A DNA stretch of 64,000 bases from Octopus sinensis (lineage: Eukaryota). The stretch lies in contig NC_042998.1 of assembly GCF_006345805.1 (NCBI RefSeq), positions 95,170,001 to 95,234,000 of the forward strand, given 5' to 3'. The notes under the pieces are model-generated. The model did no database searches. It was not told where the DNA came from and worked only from the letters and a program-made list of their open reading frames with translations. The position numbers and the translations under genes are program-made. Of the stretch, positions 1-13,018 are shown piece by piece. Within the stretch, counting starts at the first letter, position 1; each line of letters starts with the position of its first letter.

Positions 1-815
1 TTCCAGAGGAGTGAGATGTGATCATTTTCAAGTACTGGAGGTGGTTTGTGTTCCCAGCAGTTTTATCATGGAGCAAGTCCAAGTTTTTGCAAATTACCCA
101 GTGAATATATTGTGCAGCTGTATCATGCCTGTTGAGATACTCTGTAGGCGTAAGAAGACTGCACTTGGAGACAACATGATCATTGGTTTCATTTTGTTGT
201 TGACATACACGACATGTTGGGCTACTGCCGTTCTTTAATGTGTTGGCCTGGTAGTTCCTTGTAGATAGGCATTAATCTTGGGCTGCTATGATAAACCCTT
301 CTGTTTCAGATTTTAAGCCAGAAGTCATTAGCCATTGATGAGTAAGGGCTTTGTCAACATCGGCATTATTCGCTCTCTTTGGGTATTTGCCATTGAGAGG
401 TTTTTCTTACCATTTATCATTCAGAATATCTACGGCAGCAGTTTTAACACGGGTTTTCATGCGCTTAGCTTTTTCTGCGCTTGTTTCTCGTATGTCTAAT
501 TCCGGAATTTGTTATATTTGGAATTCACTTAGATATTCCTTTGCCTGTTTTGTTACTGAGCATGTTGCTTTCTTGTTTTCGTGTTTTGAGACAAGTTTTA
601 ACATCCAGTCCTCAGAGTTTTTCAGGTAGGTGTGTAGGCTTATTGTAGCAATCTTCGTTGTTAATGCCAGTTGTAAAAGTCCACGACCTCCCTCTTTTCT
701 TGGGAGATAAAGTCGTTCTATATCTGCCTTAAGGTGGTGCATTCTAAGCATTGTCAACAGTTTTCGTATTTTTCTGTCAAGATTACATATTTCAGTAATT
801 GATTAGCTAATGATA
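1..815 (-). mobile_element. R4/Dong-like RLE non-LTR retrotransposon fragment (RT thumb + CCHC zinc knuckle), 5' truncated, runs off window start
   Basis: ORF 512-757 contains HHLKADIERLYLPRKEGGRGL, a thumb motif typical of R4/Dong-type RTs. The minus strand at ~240-120 reads CRVCQQQNETNDHVVSKC..EYLNRHD (CCHC knuckle + RHD motif). Confidence 0.85.
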
Positions 816-819
816 TATT

Positions 820-946
820 GATATATTTTATTAATATTATTATTAATGATATATTTACTATTATTATTATTATATTATTATTATTATTATTATATTATTA
901 TTATTATTATATTATTATTATTATTATTATATTATTATTATTATTA
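820..946. repeat. (TTA)n microsatellite abutting the 5' end of the RLE LINE
   Basis: Direct reading. Confidence 0.95.
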
Positions 947-1085
947 AGGCAGCGAGCCAGCAGTATCGTTAGCGCGTAGGACAAAATGTTTAGCGGCATT
1001 TCATCTGTGTTTTCTTTCTAAGCTCAAATTCTACAGAGGTAGACTTTGCCTTTCGTCTGCTGGCGCCTAAGCCAAAATTTTAAAC
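946..1085 (+). mobile_element. tRNA-derived SINE family A, partial
   Basis: Head ggcagcgagccagcagtatcgttagc...ctcaaattc..gaggtagactttgcc matches other family A copies. Confidence 0.7.
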
Positions 1086-1099
1086 CATTATCATCATCA

Positions 1100-1155
<56 letters not shown>

Positions 1156-1156
1156 A

Positions 1157-1385
1157 CGGCGAGCTGGTAGAATCGTTAGCACGCCGGGGGAAATGCTTAG
1201 CGGGGTATTTCGTCTGCCGCTACGTTCTGAGTTCAAATTCCGCCGAGGTCGACTTTGCCTTTCATCCTTTTGAGGTCTATTAAATAAGTACTAGTTACGT
1301 ACTGGGGTCGATGTAATCGACTTAATCCGTGTGTCTGTCCTTGTTTGTCCCCTCTATGTTTAGCTCCTGTGGACAATAAAGAAAT
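1157..1385 (+). mobile_element. tRNA-derived SINE family A
   Basis: ggcgagctggtagaatcgttagc (A-box-like), gagttcaaattcc (B-box), core gaggtcgactttgcctttcatcc; many copies in the window. Confidence 0.9.
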
Positions 1386-1402
1386 AATAACTACTACTAC
1401 TA

Positions 1403-1444
<42 letters not shown>

Positions 1445-1599
1445 TTACTACCACCACCACCAGTAGTAGTAGTAGTTGTTGTTGTTGTTGCGGCTAGTTA
1501 TTTACTTTGTGTAGGAAAGTTTACCCTTTCCCCTTGTCTCTTGAAGGCATGGAAAAAACTGTTTCAAGTTAAAATGGAAGTTTACGTATTTTTCAATTA

Positions 1600-1793
1600 C
1601 CGCGATATGGACAACGGCAGGTACTTTGCAAGGCTTTTGTTGGTGTTTGTTATTGTTGTTACTGCTGCTGTTGCTGCAGGTGCCGTTGTCGGACGAGTCG
1701 GACTACTCCTACTACTCCCTTTTTTCTCTTTTAGTAGTAGTAGTAGCAGCAGCAATAGCAGGCGTAGCAGCAGCAGCAGCAGCAGCAGCAAGC

Positions 1794-1825
<32 letters not shown>

Positions 1826-2040
1826 CAGCAGCAGCAGCAGCAGCACCCAATGGCAGTGTGATTAAGGCTGTCAATGATACTGTTGCTATGTTGCTGCAGC
1901 TGTTCGCGCTTAAGAAGATCGTGATGATGATGATGTGGAGGAGGAGGTGGAGGAGTAAAATCGTGGTGTTGATGACAATGATGACACTCATGATGATATC
2001 TTTGGTGTGGTGGTTTTAGCAGTGATATCATCATCATCAT
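1600..2040 (-). CDS. Candidate low-complexity exon (His/Pro-rich, then hydrophobic stretch) of an unidentified minus-strand gene
   Basis: Mixed trinucleotide-repeat tract with unique intervening sequence; the frame ends at a possible donor CG|GTAATT (~1599). No homology recognised. Confidence 0.2.
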
Positions 2041-2315
2041 CAGTTGTAGTAGTAGTCGTAGGAGGAGGAAGGGGAGGAAGAGGAAAAGTAAAAATGATAA
2101 AATTGGTGAGAATGGGTGGTGGGGAGTGATATTTAAACGAAATTCTTAATAATGTATCAATTTCCTAACACAACACCGAAAATATTTCCTCAGTGTTAAA
2201 GTTGCATACACACATGTACACACACATTATCATCTCATATATACGCACTCGCACATGCACACACACACATACACACACAAACTGTTATACATATAAAGCC
2301 TATTCATAGATTTAC

Positions 2316-2357
<42 letters not shown>

Positions 2358-2458
2358 GTATATACATATACATACATATACATACATACATACATACATA
2401 CACGCATGCATGCATACATACATACATACATACATACATACATACATACACACATACA

Positions 2459-2489
<31 letters not shown>

Positions 2490-2491
<2 letters not shown>

Positions 2492-4085
2492 GCACGAGAT
2501 GGAAAAGAGCCCAGACCTAGTAACAACATTCTCAAAGGATGTAGGGTTAGAGTTTGTTAGGATAAATGTCGTTATATGGTTGCGAAAAGGAGAAAAACTG
2601 TAAACCAGACTAGCAACATCTCCATCAATGACTTGGCTGTTTCCCCTATATCCGACGAGGAATGTTACAGGTATCTAGAGGTGGATGAAAATATGTCTTA
2701 CAATGGTTCCTGTAACAAAACACGTGTCACTAAAGAATATTACAGCCGAATAAAGAAAATTTGAACCTCAGAATTCTCTGCATTCAATAAAACAGTGGCC
2801 CACAATGTGTTTGCAGTGCCAGTACTCATATCAACATTTGGGCTCCTTGATTGGACGATTGATGAGATCCAAGCCATTGATGGGAAAACCCGAAAAATAC
2901 TAACAAACACACATAATCTCCACATAAACAGTGATGTAGACCACCTCTACCTAAAACGAAAACAAGGCAGCAGAGGCTTAACATCGATTCAAAATGCTTT
3001 TGAATGTCGTATCATATCCCTTTGGCAACATCTCTTAACCACCAAGTGTCGAAGTGCATCCCTGGACCAAGTTGGCATACATGAGGCTGAGAGCATCGTA
3101 AGATTTGAGCAACATTCCTTATCTGATAACCTAAAATACATACCCAAAGAAGTCGCACGACTCTACCGCAATGTATCATCAAGATAAAAGGATGACCTTA
3201 TATGAGCAGAAGACTATGAATGATATGTTAGTAGAAAGCTCCGAGATGATAGAAACAATGATCATCTAAACAGTCTAACATGGACCAATAGCCGGATTAC
3301 TACCTCCCACTTTGAAGGCTATGCGTTTGCAATCCAGGAACAGGAAACATCAACCAAATACCTGATGCACAAAAGGGATAGAGATGCAGGAAAAGCAGTA
3401 AAATGTGACAATCGATACAAACTTTGTGTAGTCAACACCGAAGATATCTCCCACATCATAAGCAGTTGTCCGAAAATGTCATCACGGTATCATCTACTGA
3501 TGAGACATGATGTAGCTAGGACACTCTATAATGAAATCCGTCGGAAGGATAACCCCGAGGACAAAGAAAGAAGAACCTACAGTATGGTAGAAGCCATAAT
3601 CGCTCATAATAAAAAGTGTACTGGTGGAATGTCGCAGTGATGACCTCAATAAAATGTAAGCACAACAGACCTGATACAGTGATTTGGGATAGAGAACAGA
3701 AACAGTGTACAGTTGTGGAAATTATTGCCCAGCATGTTAACATAAAGCTGAAGATCAGTGGAAAAGAGAATACCTATGCTGAACTATTGAGAAATCTGCA
3801 GTTACTCTATCCAGATTACAAGTTCAGGTTTATACCTGTAATCATTGGGGTCCTGGGATATGTAACATACTGCCTAAATACCAATCTTGAGAAATTAGGC
3901 TTCTCAAAACCAGAAAGGAGAAAGCTAATTCGAAGACTACAGATTCACTCCATCACTGGAACTGTAAATATCTGTAAAACTTTCCAGAAGTTTATCATTT
4001 AAATATATATGAGTATGTCTAGATATGCAACTATATGCATGAGAATACACGCATAAAACAAAACATACAAATCTGCAAATATACA
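2490..4085 (+). mobile_element. R4/Dong-like RLE non-LTR retrotransposon, 5' truncated and frameshifted (copy 1)
   Basis: ORFs 2576-2764 (YRYLEV), 2795-3187 (HINSDVDHLYLKRKQGSRGL), 3365-3640 (decayed CCHC + RHD), 3616-4002 (KHNRPDTVIWDREQKQCTVVEI = PD-(D/E)xK RLE). Short 3' UTR, then (CATA)n. Confidence 0.92.
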
Positions 4086-4252
4086 TACATACGTACATAC
4101 ATACATACATACATACATACATACATACATACAAATATACATGTATATATACATAACTGTAATAACTGTATGATATATTGATTGTAAAATATAGTATAAT
4201 ATATATATATAATATAATATATATATATATATATATATATACACATGAATAA

Positions 4253-4292
<40 letters not shown>

Positions 4293-4469
4293 CGCCTTAA
4301 AGAATTTTTAGTGAATGAATCGATCCCAATACTTATTCTTCTGTTTTGAAGAAGGCACTAACCCAAATGCTACGCATTGAGATTGAACCCTTGTTAGAAA
4401 ACAAGCTTCTTACCACACAGCTACGACTGCATCTACAATATGTGTATGTGAGAATGTGTGAGAGAAGGG

Positions 4470-4544
<75 letters not shown>

Positions 4545-5544
4545 CATGCATGCGAGAGTGCGAACATATGTAAGATGATAATGTATGCGTGTACATGCGT
4601 GTATGCAACTCAAAAACTGGGAAGGCTTGCGAAATATTTTCAGTGTTTATGTTGGAAATTGATATATATTAATAATTTCCTTTAAGCAGTATATACACAC
4701 ATGTTCTTCATCTCTGTGTTCGTGTTTACTCACGCATTCATACATATACACCTGAACGTGCATGCATCGGTCATGACGACGACGATGATGTTTGTGCGTG
4801 AACATATACGTTCAAATTCATACACACCTACAATTTTCTCTCCCTGTCTCCGTCACTTCTCCATCTCTCTCTTTCCATGTCACTCCCTTTCTCCTTCCTC
4901 TCTCTCTCTTGTAAAATCATTAATATAATAAGCCCTAGATTAAAGCAGTTCGCTTACGACTGTTCGAAGTGTTCAGTTGTTGATCTATTTTGCTTTTATC
5001 AATTACAAACTAAATATCAACTGAACGATATTCGCCGTTTTAAAAAAATATGCGGGGTGGGACAAACAATTCCAGGCCGGACCAATGTTCTTGTTGTTCA
5101 TGGCTTTCACTTAGAATAAAAGACATACCAAACAGTATTGGATCTGGCTTGCGTATTATGACAGTGACCTTATTCAAAGAACAAAGAGCAGTGCTGATTA
5201 GCCGCCGCTCTGTAGTTGATAGAATTAAGGTATTTTTGATAGCTCCACTCTATGACAGCGTGGGAGGCGTCTTCTACCCTAGCCTCGGGTTGTGTGTGAA
5301 ATCGTATAGATGAAATCTATGTGGAAGCTCTTCAGATGGATTGATTCTATAATTCAAAAGATCGGCCACATCAAACACTCTGCCACACTGAGTCTGCCTT
5401 TGGATTACATTAATGATATAATTGTCTACAGTGTTCAGCTATTCACCCTGTAATGCAATGAACATGTACTTCGAAAAAATCATCGAACAATTGATGCAGT
5501 TATCATCAAAATCAGCACCAAATTTATTGGTACGTAAGCTAGCA

Positions 5545-5822
5545 TAGCTTCGCTAAGGCGGAGGTATTGTTTCAGTTGTGTTAGTTTGTTTGTTTGTCCG
5601 TGAACAAGGTATCTGAAGAACCGCCGGATGGATTTTGGGATCGATCCGGTACCGGGCAAAGATTCTGGATTATTTTTCCTGTTTTTCTACTTAATTTTTG
5701 AGAGCGGTTGGGTTCATTTTTAGTATTCCCGTTTCATGTTCTGAGTTCAATTTTCACCAAGGTCGACTTTACCTTTCATCATTCCGGTGTCGATGCCGAT
5801 ATAATTCTTCGGAGCCTCTAGT
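5545..5822 (+). mobile_element. Non-autonomous Helentron/HINE-like (DINE-1-type) element, with a small SINE A fragment inside
   Basis: 5' short inverted repeat cttcgctaaggcggagg followed by a (GTTT)n tract, and a 3' CTAGT end. The architecture resembles HINE elements. Confidence 0.4.
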
Positions 5823-6600
5823 AATCATAAAAATAAGAACAATTTTTTAGCAAAAAAAAAAAAAAAGAAAATAGCGATCGAAATATATATTATACAAAAC
5901 AAAATAAATTAGTATCCACAAGTTTTAAATGCAAATTAAATATATTTATATACAAAATAATATTTGCAAAAATATATATATATTTATTTATACGCTCAAA
6001 TCTGTATCTCTGTGATTTACACACGTCTACCTAATGCGTACACACACAAAGAGAATTCACTTTATTTACGATTAAGACGGCGAACATTTGGAGAAGGATT
6101 TGAAGGGGTAATCCAAAACCATAATGGCTGTGGGAGGAAATCGATTTCATCTTCTCCCCACCCTTGAATGTGATTTCAAGTTATTGGAAGGTTACTTGAA
6201 TGAAGGATGGGGTGGAGTAATCTGAAATAGCTATACCGACATAATTTGAAACAAAAATCAGTTGGTTTAGCTGTTTTGTATAGTATAAATCCTTCCTTCA
6301 ATATACCTACGTGGTACTGCTATTTCTAGCATAGTAAACAACCACATAGAGGATGGACAACACTTGAGCTTATTTAAAGGAGAGAGATTTAAACTGCAAT
6401 AAAATAATGGAAGAACTACTTACAAAATGAGTCAAAAGGATTCAAAGGAAAATTAAGCGTAAAATATCAGAAAAATCACACAAATTGGGAATCGAATGCG
6501 CAAATACCAGTTCACGACTAGCAGAAAACCACCCGGAGGGCGGTCTTTCTGGAAGTAAGTATTATGGGGAAAAGCATTTCTCACATGGTAACAATCTATG

Positions 6601-6910
6601 TGTGGAGGCACATGACCTAGTGGTTAGAGCAGCGGACTCGCGGTCGAGGGATCGCGGGTTCAAATCTCAGACTGGGCGATGTGTGTGTTTATGTGCGAAA
6701 CACCTAAGCTCCACGTGATTTCGGCAGAAGGTAATGGCGAACTTCTGCTGACTCCTTCGCCACAACTTTCTCTCACTCTTTCCTCCTACATCTTGCAGCC
6801 CACCTGCAACGGACCGGCGTCCCGTCCAGGTGGGGAACCTATACTCCACGGAAACCGTGAAACCGACCCTTATGCGCTAGGCATGGCTCGAGAAGGAACA
6901 AACAATAACA
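6601..6910 (+). mobile_element. tRNA-derived SINE family C
   Basis: tRNA-like head tgacctagtggttagagc...gggttcaaatc; body shared with the reverse copy at 37880-38193. Confidence 0.85.
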
Positions 6911-7193
6911 ATCTATATAATGCTTCTATTTTCTACATCCATATATTTTAGATGGTTTGAACCGTAATGTTTTCTCTTTTTTTAATGCTGGAATATCTAG
7001 AAAGTACTTTTACTGGTTTGTTATCGCACAGAACTTGGTTTAAATCATAAGAGAAGGGAAATGAAGCTACGTAGTTCAGATATTGATTCAATACAACTTC
7101 TCGATAACAATCAACAATATGTAATGTCATGCTTGTGTTAAACACAATGAATGCAATTGAAAAAGCCTTAAATTAATATCGCATATTTTTTTT

Positions 7194-7606
7194 TATCATA
7201 CTAAATGTATATATACCGCTGTAAGGCATGATGCTATGGAATTGTCTGAGTTAAAATATCTTCATAGGCGAAATGTGTTATTGACACAATGTATATCGGA
7301 GCGAAGCTAACCGCGTTGTAGCTGTGACTCACGTGAATGGCACGTGTTTCGTCCTCCGGGATATTTGCCAATGCCCAACACCCGTTTTTCACTTGCGAGG
7401 TTAAAAAGGCACACGTCATTATCAAAACCCCAAGTAGGAGGAGTGCATTTGTCATTCTTGAGAATCAATGCTGGAACGATATTCGCATCGCCCTAGCATA
7501 TATTGTGCTTTTAATACAACGGATCTATGAAGAGATTTTCTCCCAACAAAAGATCACGGCATCATGCGTCTTAACTATATATACATATATACATTTAGCA
7601 TGATAC
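7194..7606. mobile_element. Degenerate MITE/foldback with ~110-bp imperfect terminal inverted repeats
   Basis: 7194-7307 (tatcatactaaatgtatatat..gcatgatgc..tcttcatag..cacaat) is the reverse complement of 7486-7606. Confidence 0.6.
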
Positions 7607-7839
7607 ACAGATGGCGATTTTAATATTTGTACATTTTAAATAATTACAAAGAAAGCGTGAATAAATTTTCTACTGAAATATATTTTGAAGTTGCAATATT
7701 TGGTTAACAACTACCTCTTCTAAAATATTTTCGGCGTAGTATTATGTGTCTGAATATTTAAGCAAAATATTTTAATATAAAATTCAAATGTGAAGAAAAT
7801 TATTTTGATTTCTTTATAATTATCACACTGCCGGAATAT

Positions 7840-8253
7840 TGGCTTGAAATTTTGGTGCAAGGCCGGCAATTTCGGGGAAGTGGGTAAGTCGATTACATAT
7901 ACCCCAGTGTTCAACTGGTATATATTCTATCGACCACGAAATGATGGAAGGCGAAGTTGACCCCAGCGGTATTTGAACTCAGAACGTAAAGTCGTAAGAA
8001 ATGCCGCTAAACAGTTTTTCCAGCGCAGTCATTATTCTGCCTGTTCTCCGCCTTAAACAACAGAAATATTATGGGGGAGGGGCCAGTCGATTAGATCGAC
8101 CCTAGTACACAACTGGTACTTAATTTATCGACCCCGAAAGGATTAAAGGTGAAGTAGACCTCAGCGGAATTTGAACTCAGAACTTAAAGACAAACGAAAT
8201 ACAGCTAAGCATTTCGCCCGACGTGCTAACGTGTCTGCCAGCTCGCCGCCTTA
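7840..8253 (-). mobile_element. Two tandem SINE A copies (7840-8055, 8073-8253)
   Basis: Reverse complement of the family A consensus; acagaaatatt is duplicated around the second copy. Confidence 0.88.
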
Positions 8254-8337
8254 TGGATACAGAAATATTGTATTAGAAATTAGTTACAACTTTCTAGAAG
8301 TTATACTGACTTATATGATATTATAGGGTATTGCATA

Positions 8338-8548
8338 AGGCAGCGAGCTGGCAGAAACGTTAACACGCTGGTGAAATGCTTAGCAGTATTTCGTCTGCTG
8401 CTACGGTCTGAGTTCAAATTCCGCCGAGGCCGAATTTGTCTTTCATCCTTTCTGGGTCGATAAATTAAGTACCAGTTGCGTACTAGGGTCGATCTAATCG
8501 ACTGGTCCCTCCCCCAAAATTTCGGGCCTTGGGCCTTGAGTAGGAAAG
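8338..8548 (+). mobile_element. SINE A with ~18-bp target-site duplication
   Basis: Full head-to-tail copy flanked by ttatagggtatt(g/a)cataa on both sides. Confidence 0.92.
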
Positions 8549-9034
8549 ATTATAGGGTATTACATAAATATTATAAATACTACACAGAAGCTATAGGAAG
8601 TGGTTTGAGGCAATGATAATTATCATTAAACCATCACGAAAGACACCCAAGTCACGGTTAGGAAGATAAGCCACAGGACTTGACAAAGAGATGAAGAGAA
8701 AAAGTTAGAAAAACAAGATAGAGCTAATAGCCAGTCAATCTAACAAATGGGATCTCACATTATTGAGGGCGATCGGTGCATAATACAATCATCGAGAGGA
8801 AGGCCTCAAAACGGAACGCATTCTTTCTTGATGACCCTGTAAAACTACTTGTGCAGAGCTTGTTCTACCAAATAAATTAGATTCATATACGTTATAGCGC
8901 AAGACGAAAACTATCTTCTTGCATATAACACAATTCTGTGTTCGAACAAAAATGATGCAAACGATTGCAACTGACAATTGTACGCAAAAGGGTTATTTAT
9001 TTAATTAATTCATTTATTTTTTAAAAATTTGTTT

Positions 9035-9370
9035 AATGGACTGCGGCCACGAAGAATTTATAGTCGAATGAATCAATTCAGGTACTTATTTGGTTTTTAA
9101 AGCCTGGTGCTTATCCTATCGGTCTCTTTTGCCGAATCGCTAATTACGGGGACGTAAACACACCAACACCGGTTGTCAAGCGGTGGTGGGGCACATGTAT
9201 ACACACACACGTATACAATGGGCTCCTTTCAACTACCGCCTATCAAATCCACTGACAAGACTTTATTCAACCCGAGGGTATAGTAAAAGATACTTGCCCA
9301 AGGTGCCGCGCAGAGGGACTGAACCTTGACGCATGTGGTTGGGAAGCAAACTTTTTACCACACACGCCTT
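9035..9370 (-). mobile_element. tRNA-derived SINE family B
   Basis: Reverse complement of the family B consensus (..ccttgggcaagt..gatttg.., cttgacaaccggtgttggtgtgtttacgtcccc). Confidence 0.85.
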
Positions 9371-11429
9371 ACTACAAAAATCACTTTTTATCACACCATG
9401 TCTAGTATAAATTTCCTATCATTGTTAATCATAATTATATTTCTACTTCACTCACACATCATATTCACTGCAGCTATGTGTCGCTACATATATCCGACCA
9501 GACAAAATGGTAGCGTTTTACTGCATTTATTGACGAGTATCGTTGTTAAGTGGACGTCTGAGAAAGTGTAAATACACACTAATCTTTATTTGTACTTGCC
9601 AATAACAGCTTGTTAAGATTGTCGTGATGCTGTTTGTAAACGAGATTAAGTTAACGGTAGCTTTAGAATGAATCAAATTTAATTAAACCGACAGAAAACA
9701 GCAACCTTCTTTAGCTGACTTTGTTCTCGTATTTGACAATTTCTTCACGTACTAAACTAGCGCCAAGATGTCAATGACTTCTTTTTGTTCGCAATATCGC
9801 TTTTTTGTGTGTAAAGTTCTTTTGTCATGAAACAGTAAATCTACATAAATTCAGAAAAATCACATATATCAGTTTTACTTCTTTACCGTATTATTGTTTG
9901 TGATGAGCATTATAGTGTGAGTCGAGTTCACGAGGAGCAGATTTCGCGACCTCCAAGCAACAAAACTGCTGCTTATACCATTAACGCCTCTAAACAAAAT
10001 GTGAACCACACAAAATGTGCTTATGAGTGTGTGTGTGTGTATGGCATATATGTGTATGTGTGCGTGTACACCACACACACACACACACAGAAAGAAAGGG
10101 AGAGAAAGAAGGAGAATGGGTGAGTGATTTTAAAAAGGTTTTGCATAGAATTCTTGATACAGTCACAATATTTGAAGAAAGATTTTAATGAATCAAAAAT
10201 TATTAATTATAAAAATCATCAAAAAGTATGTCATAATTTTTCTCAATAATTAATAAACATTCTGAATTTTTCATACAAAAATTACCAGTGCCTCCGGATA
10301 ATTAATATGAAAATTACATTTAAATTTGCATTCATTTGTTTTAAGTTACCTACATATTTCTTAAGTTAGTTTCGTATTTTAATAAGGAGTCTTTATTTAT
10401 AAATGTAGCACATTCTTAAATACTAAAATTAGCATCGTTTGACTCTCTAAAATTCGTGAAAAATGAGAATAAAAGAATGAGTAAAGGACGATATATTTTA
10501 GTTGTTACTTTACAGAGATTGAATCAACAATGATTGTGGTATTGTTCTTAACTTGTGTTACATGTGACACACAGGACATATCTTCCTGAGGTCCAATCAG
10601 CATTTATGATACATATTCCCAATATTTTTCAACCACCAGAGTAATTTGAACCTTATGAAAGGAAAGTTTAATGTTACTCAGAGCGTATGAAACAAGGGTT
10701 AAATAAAAAGTTTGAAAACAAGCATAGACGTTTGGGACAAACTTTTGAGAATTTTTTCAACAGGCAAAGAGCTAAGCTTTATGTTTTGACTAAATACATT
10801 ATAGCAGTGCTCAACTTCAGGTAATTGTAAAAGTATTGGGTTTTTCCATCCAGTACGTTTTTCCTTTCAAGTATTTTGCTTATGTTATACAATGAGTTAA
10901 TACAGTTTTTACGGATAGAGATTTAAATCTAGACCTATAAATCATATTAATGTTTATTGATAACCCTTAGGAACTAAGAGAAAATGGTACAATCATTTAT
11001 TGATTCCTTTCTGTTTAAAAAGCTCGATTCTTTTAGCAGAACAAGGTAGCTAAAATAAAACTTACAAAAATTTCCAAAATTCTATTAATTTATTCGCGCC
11101 ACGACTAAAATAAAATCTCAAAGCTGATTACGTTTGATATTTTTCTTTTCTTTTTTTTTTAACGCCTTTCTGGGGACTAGTTGATTAATTGAAATTCTTC
11201 TGCGATAAAAGAATCGAAGATTAGAATAAATGTGGCTAACGGAACGCATTTGACACAACTTTTACCGTTTGTTTCTCTGCATATATATTTCTATGAATTT
11301 GTGGACTTACCTCCCTCCCTCCCTCCCTCTCTCTCTCTCTCTCTTTCTCTTTCTCTCTATGCGCATATATATATACATATATATCCATACAAATATATAT
11401 GTGTGTGCATATATATATAAATATATATA

Positions 11430-11626
11430 TTCTTTTATGCTTTTACTTGTTTCAGTTATTTGTCTGCGGTCATGCAAGAGCACCGCCTTAAGAGGTCTTA
11501 GTCGAACAAATCGACCCCAGGACTTATCCTTTGTAAGCCTAGAACTTATTCTATCGGTGCCTTTTGCCGAACCGCTAAGTTACGGGGATGTAAACACAGA
11601 CACAAAGGCACACACATAAATATATG

Positions 11627-11681
<55 letters not shown>

Positions 11682-12165
11682 ACATACATACATACATACA
11701 TACATACATACATACATACATACGACGGGTTTCTTTCAGTTTTCGTCAACCAATTCCAGTCAGGAGCCTTAGGTCGGTCCGAGGCTATGGTAGAAGACAC
11801 TTGCCCAAGGCGCCACGCACTGGGACTGAACCCGTGGTTGGGAAGCAAGCTTCTTACCAGTCTTCCACGCCTGTGCTTCCACATGGCCACACCTGTGCCT
11901 CCACATGGCCACACCTGTGCCTCTATATAATATATAAATAATATATATGTGTGTGTGTGTGTTAAAATAATCAGAAAACGGAGAGAACTTTTGATCAACA
12001 AACAAACAAACACATTGGACCATATCTGTAAATTATTGCCAAATCCAGTCACAAGGTTTTGGTCGGCCCGAGACTATAGTAGAAGACGCTTGCCCAAGGT
12101 GCCACGCAATGGGACTGAACCCAGAACCATGTAGTTGGGAAGCAAACTTCTTACCACACAGCCAC
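11430..12165 (-). mobile_element. SINE B full copy (11430-11925) plus a 5' half copy (12035-12165)
   Basis: Family B consensus with internal (TA)n(CATA)n. Confidence 0.88.
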
Positions 12166-12177
12166 TATGTATGTATG

Positions 12178-12209
<32 letters not shown>

Positions 12210-12638
12210 CGCACATATCTGACTATCTATCTCACCATAATTCTATGGCTTACTATGTCACTGTCATACTGTGTGACTCCACTCTATAAGCCTCTTTTTC
12301 GTAATACGATATTAGGAATTTCAGATCGACTCAAAGCAAGTGATAAGTATCAGATAACCGTGTGAGTAACGCGACTCCTAAAGAAACTTGCACGAACCTT
12401 TGCCTATCACGAAAGAACCGTGAGGACACGGAAGAAACGAAAATATAAAGAGGAGATTATAAGGTTTAGTAACTGGATTCCAATGCAAAGCGCTATTTAA
12501 GTAATGATACTTTGATATCGTGTGATAAAAAGTGATTCTTTTGTGTTTCTTCAGTAATTAGTCAGAATATTATAGGTGTACATGGTATTTTATATAGATA
12601 CATGCAACGGTAGGTATGGCGTATAGAACTATATATAC

Positions 12639-12675
<37 letters not shown>

Positions 12676-12789
12676 CGTATGTATGTGTGTGTGTGTGTTT
12701 TTAATACAGCTACATCCAATATTCATATATTATATACACACGCACACGGGTGCGTGCACTCACGTACACATACGCATATATATACATAT

Positions 12790-12951
12790 AGGCGTAGGAG
12801 TGGCTGTGTGGTAAGTAGCCTGCTTACCACATGGTTCCGGGTTCAGTCCCACTGCGTGGCATCTTGGACAAATGTCTTCTACTATAGCCTCGGGCCGACC
12901 AAAGCTTTGTGGGTGGATTTGGTAGACGGAAACTGAAAGAAGCCCATCGTA

Positions 12952-13018
<67 letters not shown>

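Noticed and set aside
6601-6680. tRNA gene
   Set aside because: The tRNA-like head lacks a proper acceptor stem and continues into a SINE body shared with 37880-38193.
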